Shown: positions 48,298-59,020 of the stretch, in pieces
Numbering within the stretch: the stretch's first letter is position 1
Layout of the letters: the number at the start of each line of letters is the position of its first letter
Source: an uncultured Clostridia bacterium
GTDB taxonomy: Bacteria > Bacillota > Clostridia > TANB77 > CAG-508
Assembly: GCA_944389745.1 (NCBI GenBank)
Contig: CALXNM010000001.1
Location: 26,815-90,814 of the forward strand
Direction: 5' to 3'
Length of the DNA: 64,000 nucleotides
Translations under genes and position numbers: made by a program
The notes under the pieces: model-generated
What the model saw: the letters and a program-made list of their open reading frames with translations, nothing else
What the model was told of the DNA's origin: nothing
Database searches by the model: none

Positions 48298-48858
48298 TTA
48301 AATTATTTCCTCCTCATATCTTCTCATTACTTCTTTTAAATCTTTCCAGAATTCTATCTTTTTATTTTCATCTCTTAGAAGTGCTGCAGGATGCCAAGTA
48401 GGCATATATAATATTCCTTTCTTTTCTATCCATTTTCCCCTTGATGCAGTTATTCCATATTCTTTACCACATATATTTTTTAAAGCTGTACTTCCTAGAA
48501 GTACTATAATTTTTGGTCTTACTAAAATAACTTGATTTCTAAGATAATCTAAACAAGCAGTAGCCTCATCATCTTCTGGTACTCTATTGGCTGGTGGTCT
48601 ACACTTAACTATATTAGCAATATATAGCTTATCTCTATCTATCCCCAAGCCTTCAAATGCTTTATTCATTAACTTGCCAGCTTTTCCTACAAAAGGTATT
48701 CCTTGGCTATCCTCGTCTGCACCTGGTCCTTCACCTATTATCATTATATCTGCTGTTTTATTTCCACAACCAAATACAATATTTTTCCTTGTTTTGCATA
48801 ATTTACATTTATTACAATTTTGTATTGATTCTTCTAAGTCCTCCCAATTATTAAACAT
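48298..48858 (-). CDS. Uracil-DNA glycosylase, family 4
   Basis: CNKCKLC Fe-S cysteines, the GEGPGADED motif, and WHPAALLR. I place the start at MFNNW (ATG 48858) after GAAGGGG. Confidence 0.85.
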   Translation of the reverse strand: MFNNWEDLEESIQNCNKCKLCKTRKNIVFGCGNKTADIMIIGEGPGADEDSQGIPFVGKAGKLMNKAFEGLGIDRDKLYIANIVKCRPPANRVPEDDEATACLDYLRNQVILVRPKIIVLLGSTALKNICGKEYGITASRGKWIEKKGILYMPTWHPAALLRDENKKIEFWKDLKEVMRRYEEEII

Positions 48859-48877
48859 TTTTACCCCTTCTCTTTTT

Positions 48878-48906
48878 GTGCCAATGGGGGCAGACCCTCT
48901 TGTCAC
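48878..48906. repeat. GC-rich intercistronic hairpin repeat, copy 3 (inverted orientation; ldcA-udg spacer)
   Basis: GTGCCAATGGGGGCAGACCCTCTTGTCAC on the plus strand equals the reverse-complement orientation of copies 1 and 2. Confidence 0.65.
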
Positions 48907-48909
48907 ATT

Positions 48910-49818
48910 TTAGTTCATAAAATTCTCTGTTATTTCTATTTTTATATCTTCGTTTGTATCAATTCTAGCTTTTCCACCTACTGGTATAACAGTTTTCTTC
49001 TCTGTGTGTCCAAAATTGTTTGATTTTATTATTGGAAAATTATATTCATCTTCTAATACATCTAAAAGTATTTTTTCTAATGCCACACTTCCATCATAAT
49101 TTCCAACCCAAATTCCTTTTATTTTATCAAATACTCCATTTTGTTTTAAGTTATATAAATAGTTAGAAACGAACTCTGGTGGTGTTTCTAAGCAAAATTC
49201 TTCTATAAATAGGATTTTATCTGTAAAATCTATACTATATTTTCCAGCAGACATCTCGCTAACTAAACTTAAATTTCCACCTACTAGTATTCCTTCTGCT
49301 CTCCCTTCTTTTATAGTAATATATTCATCATCATCTTGTCCAAGCTGCATATTTCCATCTATAAATCTTTTAACTACTTCTTCATATGCATATGGAGTAG
49401 CCCAAGAGGTTAATGCTTTAAATGTTGGACCATTAAATGTAATTACTCCTGTTTTTCCATAAATTATATTTTCTATTGAAGTAGTATCACTAAAACCACA
49501 TAATGGTTTTGGATTACTTTTTATTAAATCATAATCTAAATAATCAAATACAGTATTTGAATTAAATCCTCCACTTACTGCGAAGATAAGTTTTACTTCT
49601 TTATCTGCAAACATCTCATTTATATCTTCGGCTTTTTCTTTTGGAGTTGCACTATATCCTAAAGTCTTTTTAAAAGCGTTTTTTGCGAACTTTACCTTTA
49701 AACCAGTACTCTCCATTAAAAGCACTGAATTATTTATTGTTTCTAAATCATCTTCATCTATTTTTGAAGATGGAGCTATAATTCCTACTGTGTCACCTTT
49801 TTTTATTTTCTCAAACAT
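48910..49818 (-). CDS. LD-carboxypeptidase (S66 family)
   Basis: GDTVGIIAPSS, the nucleophile region CGFSDTTS, and C-terminal FGHT. Confidence 0.85.
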   Translation of the reverse strand: MFEKIKKGDTVGIIAPSSKIDEDDLETINNSVLLMESTGLKVKFAKNAFKKTLGYSATPKEKAEDINEMFADKEVKLIFAVSGGFNSNTVFDYLDYDLIKSNPKPLCGFSDTTSIENIIYGKTGVITFNGPTFKALTSWATPYAYEEVVKRFIDGNMQLGQDDDEYITIKEGRAEGILVGGNLSLVSEMSAGKYSIDFTDKILFIEEFCLETPPEFVSNYLYNLKQNGVFDKIKGIWVGNYDGSVALEKILLDVLEDEYNFPIIKSNNFGHTEKKTVIPVGGKARIDTNEDIKIEITENFMN

Positions 49819-50000
49819 AAATTTTTCCTTTCTTCTAGCTATAATTTTCGTATTATATCTTATCATTATTTTTAGTTAATATCAAGAATTTGAACTGTTA
49901 GATTAATTAATAAATTTATATATAAAAATATAGAAGAATACTTACCATACTCTTCTATATTTTTATATTGAGTTTATTTATCTTATAATTTATACTATTA

Positions 50001-50795
50001 TTATTTTAATCCAATAAAAGCACCATTTCTTCCAGAAGCTTGTTTATCTACTCTATATGAATGAAAACAATCTGAATTACATACAGTACATATACCTGAA
50101 TCAATTATGTTTTCTTTTCTTAATCCCGCTTCTTCTAATATTATTTTATTAATTAACACTGTATCTATATTATATTTTTGCTTATCCTCCATAATTCTTC
50201 CGGTTGAAATAATTTCATTAATTCTTCCCGTATATTCAAATTCTTTTTTGAATATTTCCATTACATCTATATCTACTTCAAAATGACATTTTCGAATACT
50301 AGGACAAATACAACAAATAATATCTTCAGGATTAGAGCCGTATTCTTCTATCATTATTTCTACTGCTTTTTTCCCTATTTTTTTAACTGTACCTCTCCAT
50401 CCAGAATGAATATCTGTTATTACATTTTTACTTTTATCATAAAAAAGTAATGAAATACAATCTGCAGAAGTGGTGGCAAGTAATATATTTTTCTTATTTG
50501 TTATTAATCCATCTACTTCTTCCAATTGAGTATTAGGTACATTTACTTTTTCTATATTATCTGTATGACTTTGATGTGGTTTAACAATACTTTCTTCATT
50601 TATATTTAATATTTTTGATACTTTATGATAACTATTTTTTAGTATTTGTTCATCATTTTTGCTTATATTTATATTATGTTTTCTTAATGTATAACAATGT
50701 ACTAAATTTGAAAATTCTAAAAGTTTTTTAAACTGAATTATTTCTATATCATCATAGATTTTGTGAATAATATTTTCATTATCTAATTTGCTCAA
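50001..50795 (-). CDS. pgeF: YfiH/PgeF family (DUF152) purine nucleoside phosphorylase / peptidoglycan editing factor
   Basis: TADC...HSGWRGT...C...H pattern and a typical length. Confidence 0.82.
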   Translation of the reverse strand: MSKLDNENIIHKIYDDIEIIQFKKLLEFSNLVHCYTLRKHNINISKNDEQILKNSYHKVSKILNINEESIVKPHQSHTDNIEKVNVPNTQLEEVDGLITNKKNILLATTSADCISLLFYDKSKNVITDIHSGWRGTVKKIGKKAVEIMIEEYGSNPEDIICCICPSIRKCHFEVDIDVMEIFKKEFEYTGRINEIISTGRIMEDKQKYNIDTVLINKIILEEAGLRKENIIDSGICTVCNSDCFHSYRVDKQASGRNGAFIGLK

Positions 50796-50820
50796 AAATA
50801 TTTCCTCCTATATATATTAT

Positions 50821-51171
50821 TTAACCAATGCTTTCATTTTTCATCCAATAATCATATGCAGGTCTAAGTCCAGTATAATCCCAAATTAATTTTCCTTCAT
50901 AACATATAAATGCTATTAAAACTATTACTAATATTACCATTAATACTTTATATAATACTGGTTTTATTCTTTCTTTTTTCTTTAGTATATTTAATGTAAC
51001 AATTCCTGCTATTGAAACAATAATAACAACTCCTACCCATATCATATTAATCATTATTCCATTTAAAGTATCTCTGTATAGTCCTATTAAGTAATCATCT
51101 GCCATTACCATTGTTCCTATTCCTACCATCATTATTAGTAGCAATAAAGATACACATATTTTTTTCTTCAT
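50821..51171 (-). CDS. Hypothetical membrane protein (116 aa)
   Basis: AAAGGAGG RBS lies before ATG 51171. Three hydrophobic helices. Confidence 0.5.
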   Translation of the reverse strand: MKKKICVSLLLLIMMVGIGTMVMADDYLIGLYRDTLNGIMINMIWVGVVIIVSIAGIVTLNILKKKERIKPVLYKVLMVILVIVLIAFICYEGKLIWDYTGLRPAYDYWMKNESIG

Positions 51172-51270
51172 AAAAGTTCCTCCTTTGTATTTTTTTCTTT
51201 TGGTTAAATTTTTATATTTTATATCACACATTTTCTTCTATTATATTTTACTATTTTATTGATAATTTTT

Positions 51271-54200
51271 CTACCCTTTTTCTTTTATTTGTTCTAAAAT
51301 ATATTCTTTAGGAGCATTTCCTATATAATTATATTCTCTTTTACAAATACCATTATTAAAATTACAAATTGATTTATATTTACAATAATCACAAGGTGTT
51401 TTTCCTTGTTTAATATTATAATATGGTTTTATATCAATACTTCCTGAAAATATTTCTTTTGAAATTTGTTTTATTATTTTATTTGTATAGCTTTGCAAAT
51501 TCTCAAACTCGGTTTTTGTTATAGTGCTTTGTCTATTAGATAAATTTCCGTCTTTATCTATATATGCAGGAATTACATTTGAATTTCCTTTTTCTAGTTT
51601 TTTGTCCATCATTTTTACTATATTTACATCTGCTAAAATTAATCCCTTCATTTTAAATTGTTTTCGAAGCTCTTGTTCTAATTTTTCTTCACTTATTTTG
51701 CCTGATAATTTTATTTTTGGATCAATTAAATTAAAATATAGTACTCCTGCTGGCATCACATCTTCTATATTACACACAGCATCTAAATACGTAAGTAATT
51801 GTAATTGAAGCCCTGCTACTACTTCATTTAAATTAATATCTTTTGTAGATGATTTATAGTCTATTATTCTTATATAATTTCCATCAGGTGTTTTTGCTAT
51901 ATCTATTCTATCTATTTTTCCTGTGATTTCTACCTTTCTGCCATCTTCAACTTCTATTTCTATTGATGAATATTCTTTTCCATTTTTAAACTCCAATTCA
52001 TGTCCCATTACTTCAAAATCACTAAATCTCAAACTATCTAATATATATGTCATTGATTTTTTTATTACTTTTCTTAATCTATTTGCTAGTACTACATATT
52101 TTGGAATACTGGTAAAGATATAGTTCTTTTTTATTTGTAGCTTTTCTTCTATTATTTCATCAACTAATTCATTTATTAAATCCTTTTCTTCATCATCTAC
52201 TAATCCTTTTATTTTTATATTTCTTTCACTAATTTTATCAAAAAAGCTGTCTATTACTTCATGCATAAAAGTTCCTGTGTCAATTGCCTGAATTTTAAAT
52301 TCTTCTCTTTCTGATAAATTTAATCCATATTTTAAATAATATGAAAATGGGCATGATTTATATTGCTCTAATCTAGATACACTTGTTTTCAATGTGCTTC
52401 CATATAGTTTATCAATCATTTTACCACTTATATTATCTGGTTTTATATTATAGTTTAGAGCCTGCATACTATTTTCTAATTTATATTTCCATTCTAAAGT
52501 GGTTGAGTAATATTTAAATAATTCCATATGTAAGTCATCTATTTTTCTTTTACCTTCTCTTACTTCACTTAAATATGTAAGTAAATCTTCATATGCAGTA
52601 TTTTCTGTTATTACTTCACTTTTACTTTCTACTACATCACTTTCTTCTTTTAGGTTTGGAAAAATTTTTTTTAGTCTATTTATTAATATAGATGGTCTTA
52701 ATGATTTCCCTTCTATATCTGATGACGCATATGATAAATATACTTTTTCTTCAGATGCACTAAATGCTTTATATATATTAAAATTATCATCATAAAGTTT
52801 TTCAAGTGTTCCTTTAGCAAGTTCCGCACCTTTTGTTTTTAAAACATCTCTATCTTTATCACTAAAAAATCCCTCGTTTTTATTTATACTTGGAAACATT
52901 CCATCATTTAGTCCTATAATAAATACAGCTTTAACCTTATGGCTCCTTGACCTATCCACATCTCCCACAGTAACTTCATCTTGTGACATTGGTATTTTTC
53001 CAAGTCCGCTATTTCCAAGTCCTGTTTTTAATATTTCAGCATATTTTTCAAAGCTAACTTTCTTATCTCCTAATATAGATACTATTTCATCAAAAATATC
53101 TATTATCACTTTATAGCTTGTTTCATATTCTTTGGCTTTTTCTACTTCGCCCAATTCTTCTAATTCTTTTATTTTGTTTTCTAATTTAATATTAATTTCA
53201 TTCTCTATTAAAAATTCATATAATTTTGTAGTTATTGATTCAACAGTTCTTTCCTTTGCTAAATCTTCTTTTAATTTTAGTAATGGTGTTACTATTTTTT
53301 CTCTTATATGTAGAATTTTATCTTTTTCTTCATTGGATTCATTATAGAAATTCCACTCGCTTTTATACCATTTACTACCTTTAATAGCCCATCTTAAAAT
53401 ATAATTTTCTATAGTCCAAATATCATCATCATCAATGTCTGTTAATAAACCGGTCTTTATATATTCAAACATACTCTCATAAGACCAATTTTTAGCAAAT
53501 ATATTTAAGATAGATAATATGTATTTTACTAAAATATTTTGGTTTAAATCTTTCTTTTCATCTATAAAAACTGGTATTTCATACTTATCAAATATAGCCT
53601 TACATAAACTTGCATATTCTTCTAAATCTTTTGTTATTATAGAAATATCTTTATATCTATAGCCATTGTCCCTTACGAGTTTGATAATATGCTTTGCTAC
53701 ATTTTCTATTTCTGAATACTGGTTTTTAGCTAAAAACAAATTAATATTTTCTACATTATTTGTGTATCTTTTATATGGAAAAGCATAAATATTTTCTTCT
53801 AAATGTTTTAGTTCATTATTCTTAAATCTATATTTCGTATTTAATTCTATTGGTCTTTCTATTTTTACATTTTGTTCTTTTGCAATATAATATAACTTAC
53901 TTAAAGTTAATTTATTTGCATAAAATATATCAGTATCCGGATTTGTTCCTTCTTCTATTTTATCTGTACATACAGTGATATTTACTTCATTTGCTTTTAC
54001 CAATAGTTTTTTTAATATTTCATATTCTTGGTATGTAAATCCTACAAATTCATCAATATATATGTCTGTATCATCAAAGTCGTTTACTAAGTCTAATTCT
54101 TCCGATAAAATAGTCAAGTTATCATTTTCATCTATGTACTTTTCTGATATTTCAGCATTATATTTTTCATATATTTTTAACATATCATAAAGTTTTGAAT

Positions 54201-54648
54201 TTAAATATTTATCATCAATGCTTTCTAATATATTTTTAATGTTCTCTTCTTTTATACCATGTTTCTTAAATTCTGTAATCTGGGTACTAATTAGTTCAAC
54301 ATTTTCATTAGACTTACCTATAAATTTCAAATTACTTTTTTCTTCTGAAAGTATATTATATATAAGCATTGATTTTCCAGAAGTAGATAAGTTATAAATA
54401 TTAGCACTTCCAACTTTTTTCATTACTCTATATGCCATACGATTAAATGTAAGAACTTCAGCATTTACAACTGCTACTGTTGGTTTTAATACATCTAACA
54501 ATTTCTTTTCTGCTGTAAATGAAAATTGCTCAGGAGTTATTACATATATTTTTTTATTAGTTTTATTCTTAATTTTCTCTGCTATCTCGTTAAAAATGTA
54601 TGTGCTTTTACCTGTTCCAGAATTTCCATATATTATCCTTAAACTCAT
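51271..54648 (-). CDS. addB: Helicase-nuclease AddAB, subunit B
   Basis: N-terminal GNSGTGKST Walker A, AddB-like N-terminus, and a C-terminal nuclease domain with an Fe-S cysteine cluster (CPFSYY ... CDYCKYKSIC). Confidence 0.9.
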   Translation of the reverse strand: MSLRIIYGNSGTGKSTYIFNEIAEKIKNKTNKKIYVITPEQFSFTAEKKLLDVLKPTVAVVNAEVLTFNRMAYRVMKKVGSANIYNLSTSGKSMLIYNILSEEKSNLKFIGKSNENVELISTQITEFKKHGIKEENIKNILESIDDKYLNSKLYDMLKIYEKYNAEISEKYIDENDNLTILSEELDLVNDFDDTDIYIDEFVGFTYQEYEILKKLLVKANEVNITVCTDKIEEGTNPDTDIFYANKLTLSKLYYIAKEQNVKIERPIELNTKYRFKNNELKHLEENIYAFPYKRYTNNVENINLFLAKNQYSEIENVAKHIIKLVRDNGYRYKDISIITKDLEEYASLCKAIFDKYEIPVFIDEKKDLNQNILVKYILSILNIFAKNWSYESMFEYIKTGLLTDIDDDDIWTIENYILRWAIKGSKWYKSEWNFYNESNEEKDKILHIREKIVTPLLKLKEDLAKERTVESITTKLYEFLIENEINIKLENKIKELEELGEVEKAKEYETSYKVIIDIFDEIVSILGDKKVSFEKYAEILKTGLGNSGLGKIPMSQDEVTVGDVDRSRSHKVKAVFIIGLNDGMFPSINKNEGFFSDKDRDVLKTKGAELAKGTLEKLYDDNFNIYKAFSASEEKVYLSYASSDIEGKSLRPSILINRLKKIFPNLKEESDVVESKSEVITENTAYEDLLTYLSEVREGKRKIDDLHMELFKYYSTTLEWKYKLENSMQALNYNIKPDNISGKMIDKLYGSTLKTSVSRLEQYKSCPFSYYLKYGLNLSEREEFKIQAIDTGTFMHEVIDSFFDKISERNIKIKGLVDDEEKDLINELVDEIIEEKLQIKKNYIFTSIPKYVVLANRLRKVIKKSMTYILDSLRFSDFEVMGHELEFKNGKEYSSIEIEVEDGRKVEITGKIDRIDIAKTPDGNYIRIIDYKSSTKDINLNEVVAGLQLQLLTYLDAVCNIEDVMPAGVLYFNLIDPKIKLSGKISEEKLEQELRKQFKMKGLILADVNIVKMMDKKLEKGNSNVIPAYIDKDGNLSNRQSTITKTEFENLQSYTNKIIKQISKEIFSGSIDIKPYYNIKQGKTPCDYCKYKSICNFNNGICKREYNYIGNAPKEYILEQIKEKG

Positions 54649-54741
54649 ATTTCTCTCCTTTATATATGAAATATTCTATCATATCTGTATAAAAAATAAA
54701 ACGGAAAATATATAAATTTTCCGTTTTATCACTCCTTTTTC

Positions 54742-57054
54742 TTACTTTATTTTTATCATTTTTATACTACTATAGCCGCTGTACACCTTCTTTCCATTTA
54801 TTATTTTATATGCTCTTACTTTTACATAATATATTTTTCCTTTAGTTAATCTAGTTATTTTCTTTGTTTTACTTGCAGTATTTATACTTTTGAATTTTCC
54901 TTTTTTAGATGTTGCATATAAAATTTCATAACCACTAGCTCCAGTTGAAGCTGACGCTACAGTAATAGAAGCCTTTCCAGCTTTTACTCTAACGCTTGGA
55001 GCTTTAGGAACTATATTAAAATATTTTGTTATTGTTCCTGTATATTTACCTTTTCCTGTGATTTTTATATATGCTTTTCCAGTATTTTTATTTTTTCCAT
55101 AACTTACAATATAATCAATTCCATTTTTTAATGTAGTTTTTCCATCTTTAACAGTTACACTTGGCTTAATCTGTTTTCCTGTATAAGTTTTATTTGAAAT
55201 ATTACTTATATTCAAATTTTTAATTTGTTTTTTATTTACATTTGAAACTTGTACACTATCATTACTTTTTATTTTTTCCCATTTAGCATATAAAGTAACT
55301 GTTTCATTATCTATACTTGATAAATTTTTAATACTACTCTCATTAGTATATTTCACTTCGCCATTTTGAAAAATAGCCCATCCTATAAACTTATATCCTT
55401 CTTTTGCATATGTATTAGCAGGTAATTTATATGTTTTATCATATGTTAATTTCACAGAATTCATATTCTTTTTAGTATTTGTATTTCCATCAAAAGCAAC
55501 ATTATATTCATTAGCTCTCCATTTAGCAATAAGTGTTATAGAGCTATTAATATGATTAGTAAAATTATATTTTTCATTTGTTTTACTATCATACCAACCT
55601 ATAAATGTATAACCTGTTTTTACTGGATTTTGTGGTTCTCGTACTTTATCATTATGCCCTACTTTAGAACTTGTAATCTTTCCATCTACATTAAAACTTA
55701 CACTATACTCAATTTTCTGCCATATAGCATATAGTCTTATTTTTCTTCCATCTTCAGATACTAAATTATATATAGATTCTTTATTTTTTAAGTGAACTAC
55801 ATTACTTCCTTTTACTTTACTCCAACCTAAAAACTTATATCCTTCTCTTGTAAAATTGTTATCTATTAATTGATATCTTGTTCCATAATATAAGTTTTCC
55901 ATTGGTTCCATACTACCTGTTCCATTATTTACATCAAATTCTATTGTATATTTAATTGGTTCCCATACTGCATATAAAATTACCTTTCCTTTAGATGGAT
56001 ATTGTAAAATATTTAGAATATCTTGATTTTGATATTGAACTTTTGAAGTATTTGAAGAAGTAGACCAACCTTTAAATATATAACCTTTTCTTGTAAAATT
56101 ATTCTGTAATAAATGTATTGTTTCTCCAAAAGAAATTGTCTGTGACCCCATTTTGCCTGTTCCGCCATTTGATTGATATGAGATAGTAATAGGTTTCGCT
56201 TTTAATTTTGCAGTTAATATTTGCCCCTTCATCTCTATTTCATTTTCCTCTGAAATCAAAGCATCTCCTTCATACCAATTAATGATAAAGCCATTATCTA
56301 CTTTTTGAGAATAATATTCTACAGAAGTGTTTTTTCTAACACTATTTGGCAAATATATTTTGTTTAATTTATTGTTTATTAAATTTAATGTTATAAGATT
56401 AATATTGTTACTTAAATTTATCTCCTTTAGATTATTATTAGATAAATTTAAATATTCTAAATCTATATTATTTGCTAAATCAATTGTATTTAAACCTGTG
56501 TTTTCTAAATCTAAAGCAACTAAATTATTTAAATCACTTACATTTATATTGTTAATTGCTACATCGGCCGCATAAAGAATTTTTATATTTCTGTGTTCAG
56601 AAATATCTAGTGTTTTTAGATTATAATTAAAATTCAAATACACATTAACAATATTCTTAGGTAATTTAATTGAAGTTAAAGACTGATTGTTAGAAGCATC
56701 TATTGTTACTAGATTTATATTATTGCTTAAATCTAATGCATTTATTTTATTAACTGAAACATTTAAATATTTTAAATTTGTAAAATACTCTATACCTGAT
56801 AAATCTTTAATAATGTTTTCAGAAACATCTAATGCTTGTACTTTTTGTATTTCTTCATTTGTTAATATATTATCTTTTGTAATTTCAGAGAATTTTTCTT
56901 TTAGTATAATTCTAAAATTTTCATCAGGAAAGTTAAATTCATCAAGACTAATTCCATTAGCATCTGTTGCAAATACTATGCTTGGTACCTGTAACATAAT
57001 TAGTAGTAAAACTACACTAATAATAGTGAAAATAAACTTAGCTTTCTTGTGCAC
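54742..57054 (-). CDS. Secreted surface protein with leucine-rich repeats, Listeria-Bacteroides (Flg_new-type) repeats and C-terminal Ig/Fn3-like domains
   Basis: Signal peptide, about 10 LRR units (L.L..N.L..I.L), four G(Y)xFxGW repeats (GYIFKGWS, GYKFLGWS, GYTFIGWY, GYKFIGWA), and KTYTGKQIKP-type domains. Confidence 0.8.
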   Translation of the reverse strand: MHKKAKFIFTIISVVLLLIMLQVPSIVFATDANGISLDEFNFPDENFRIILKEKFSEITKDNILTNEEIQKVQALDVSENIIKDLSGIEYFTNLKYLNVSVNKINALDLSNNINLVTIDASNNQSLTSIKLPKNIVNVYLNFNYNLKTLDISEHRNIKILYAADVAINNINVSDLNNLVALDLENTGLNTIDLANNIDLEYLNLSNNNLKEINLSNNINLITLNLINNKLNKIYLPNSVRKNTSVEYYSQKVDNGFIINWYEGDALISEENEIEMKGQILTAKLKAKPITISYQSNGGTGKMGSQTISFGETIHLLQNNFTRKGYIFKGWSTSSNTSKVQYQNQDILNILQYPSKGKVILYAVWEPIKYTIEFDVNNGTGSMEPMENLYYGTRYQLIDNNFTREGYKFLGWSKVKGSNVVHLKNKESIYNLVSEDGRKIRLYAIWQKIEYSVSFNVDGKITSSKVGHNDKVREPQNPVKTGYTFIGWYDSKTNEKYNFTNHINSSITLIAKWRANEYNVAFDGNTNTKKNMNSVKLTYDKTYKLPANTYAKEGYKFIGWAIFQNGEVKYTNESSIKNLSSIDNETVTLYAKWEKIKSNDSVQVSNVNKKQIKNLNISNISNKTYTGKQIKPSVTVKDGKTTLKNGIDYIVSYGKNKNTGKAYIKITGKGKYTGTITKYFNIVPKAPSVRVKAGKASITVASASTGASGYEILYATSKKGKFKSINTASKTKKITRLTKGKIYYVKVRAYKIINGKKVYSGYSSIKMIKIK

Positions 57055-57154
57055 TATATCTCCTCCTTCTCTTATATATCATGTTTTCATATTAGCATAT
57101 AGTATACATAAAATTCAAGTTAATATAATGTCAGAGGTTTATGGTAATTTATGA

Positions 57155-57197
57155 CAAAAAAAGCAGGCTTTGAATTGTTTTTAATTAATTCAAGCCT
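57155..57197 (-). terminator. Terminator after the ogg-like gene
   Basis: The minus strand has an AGGCTTGAATT...AATTCAAAGCCT stem followed by GCTTTTTTT. Confidence 0.6.
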
Positions 57198-57226
57198 ACC
57201 ATTATTTCAATTTTTATAACTATTAA

Positions 57227-58096
57227 TTAAGCTGTGTCTCTTTTCCAATAAAATAGATATTGCTGAGCTAATCCTTCTAAATTACCATATTTTTCTTTTG
57301 CTAATTTTTCAATTTCTTTTTTATTTACTTTTGTTTCATCTTCATTTTTTATGTATAAATCATTCATTACACGTCTTACCCATACATCTATTGGAAACAC
57401 ATCAAATCTTTTTAATGTAGAAAAAAGAAGTATACAATCAGCAACTTTAGGTCCTACTCCAGATAATGTTAAAAGTGTATCTCTTACTTTTTTAGTATCT
57501 TTTTCTTTGTGAAGCTCCTCTAAATCAACTTCTTTATTTAATATGTTTCTAGTTGTTTCATATATTCTAACATCTCTAAAACCTAAGCCTAAATTTCTTA
57601 AATCTTCTACTGTTGCTTTTGATAAACTCTCAACTGTTGGAAAAGTATAATATTCTTTTCCTTTCCACTCTATTTTATTGCCATATTTTTTTGACATTCT
57701 TTCTATTATTCCTTTTATCCTTGGTATATTATTATTTGCTGAAATAATAAATGAAATAATTGTTTCCCATAAATCTTGATTTAAAATTCTAATTCCGCTT
57801 CCATACTTAACACTATTTGCTAAATACTCATCAATTGATGAAAGTCTTCTTTTTATTTCTTTATAATCTCTATTTAAGTCAAAATAATTTATTGCAAGTT
57901 TTTCTAAATTATCTGCACCAAAGCTTGAAAATAGAATGTTGTTATCCACTTTTTCCACATTTATTACATTGCTTCCTACAACACCTATGTAACTTCCATT
58001 CTCATTTTCATTCCATCTAAAACATTGCCCACATTCAAAAATGTGCTTTGGTTCAAATGAGTCTACATCTTCTATTATGTATTTTTGCTCTTGCAT
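57227..58096 (-). CDS. ogg: HhH-GPD DNA glycosylase, OGG1-like (8-oxoguanine DNA glycosylase/AP lyase)
   Basis: LSGVGPKVADCILLF carries the catalytic Lys context of OGG1, followed by FPIDVWV. N-terminal OGG_N-like CGQCFRW is present. Confidence 0.8.
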   Translation of the reverse strand: MQEQKYIIEDVDSFEPKHIFECGQCFRWNENENGSYIGVVGSNVINVEKVDNNILFSSFGADNLEKLAINYFDLNRDYKEIKRRLSSIDEYLANSVKYGSGIRILNQDLWETIISFIISANNNIPRIKGIIERMSKKYGNKIEWKGKEYYTFPTVESLSKATVEDLRNLGLGFRDVRIYETTRNILNKEVDLEELHKEKDTKKVRDTLLTLSGVGPKVADCILLFSTLKRFDVFPIDVWVRRVMNDLYIKNEDETKVNKKEIEKLAKEKYGNLEGLAQQYLFYWKRDTA

Positions 58097-58121
58097 TCAA
58101 ATCTCTCCTTGTATGACACTT

Positions 58122-58994
58122 TTAAGATTTATTTAGTTTAAATCCTTTACCCCAAGCTTCTCTCGCATTTGATATAACTATAAATGCTCTTTTATCAATG
58201 CTTTGTACTATTTGTTGTATTTTTACTACTTCTCCTCTAGATGCAACACACCAAAGCATCATTTTATCTTCATTTGTATACATACCTTTTGCATATATAC
58301 CAGTGCTTCCTCTTTCTAAGTTTTTTCCTATTTCTTCTGCAATTTCTTCATATTTATCTGATACAATAAATAATGTTTTTGTAAAATAAACTCCTTCAAA
58401 AACTATATCTATCATTTTTCCCATTAGGTAAATTGCAATTGCTGAATAAAGACCTACTTCTATTTCTTTAAAGAATAAAACGTTCATTACGATTATTACA
58501 ATATCTATTATCACTATTAAATTGCTAGTTCTATAATGTGGCTTATATGCTTTTATAATATATGTTAATAAGTCTGAGCCACCAGTTGATGCATTTGCTT
58601 TTAAAACAATGGCTGTTCCTATTCCACTTAGTATTCCTCCGTATATACATGCTAAAAATCTATCATCTGTAAGTGGAGTAACCCTATCTAATAAATCAAT
58701 GAATATAGAAAGTATTATTGTTCCTGCAATTCCTTTTATAGCTACTTCTTTTCCAACTTTTATAAATGTTAATATAAATAATGGAATATTTAATATAATC
58801 ATAAATGTTCCTACAGGAATATGAAATAAATAATATGTAATAGTAGCAATACCTGCAAATCCTCCAGAAGATAGTTGATTAGGTAGTAAAAACAATGATG
58901 TTCCTGCTGCCATTAAAAAGCAACCAACTATTATAAATATACTTTCTTTTATTGTTTTCTTCATAATATATATCTGTGTTCTAGATATACTCAT
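58122..58994 (-). CDS. YitT family membrane protein (DUF161 + DUF2179)
   Basis: Polytopic N-terminal part with a GGFAGIA/GGSDL pattern and a soluble C-terminal domain. Confidence 0.78.
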   Translation of the reverse strand: MSISRTQIYIMKKTIKESIFIIVGCFLMAAGTSLFLLPNQLSSGGFAGIATITYYLFHIPVGTFMIILNIPLFILTFIKVGKEVAIKGIAGTIILSIFIDLLDRVTPLTDDRFLACIYGGILSGIGTAIVLKANASTGGSDLLTYIIKAYKPHYRTSNLIVIIDIVIIVMNVLFFKEIEVGLYSAIAIYLMGKMIDIVFEGVYFTKTLFIVSDKYEEIAEEIGKNLERGSTGIYAKGMYTNEDKMMLWCVASRGEVVKIQQIVQSIDKRAFIVISNAREAWGKGFKLNKS

Positions 58995-59020
58995 AAAACA
59001 CCACCTTTAACAGTAATTTT

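Noticed and set aside
48859-48906. N-terminal extensions of track ORFs: UDG MTRGSAPIGTKREGVK, gatC MAWIININKKVRSDT at 31448-31492, adhE MNKLILIAEDKTLKLRRIP at 39334-39390, and rnc at 60757-60861
   Set aside because: Internal ATGs with good RBSs coincide with the conserved family N-termini. Two of the extensions are simply translations of the GC-rich hairpin repeat.
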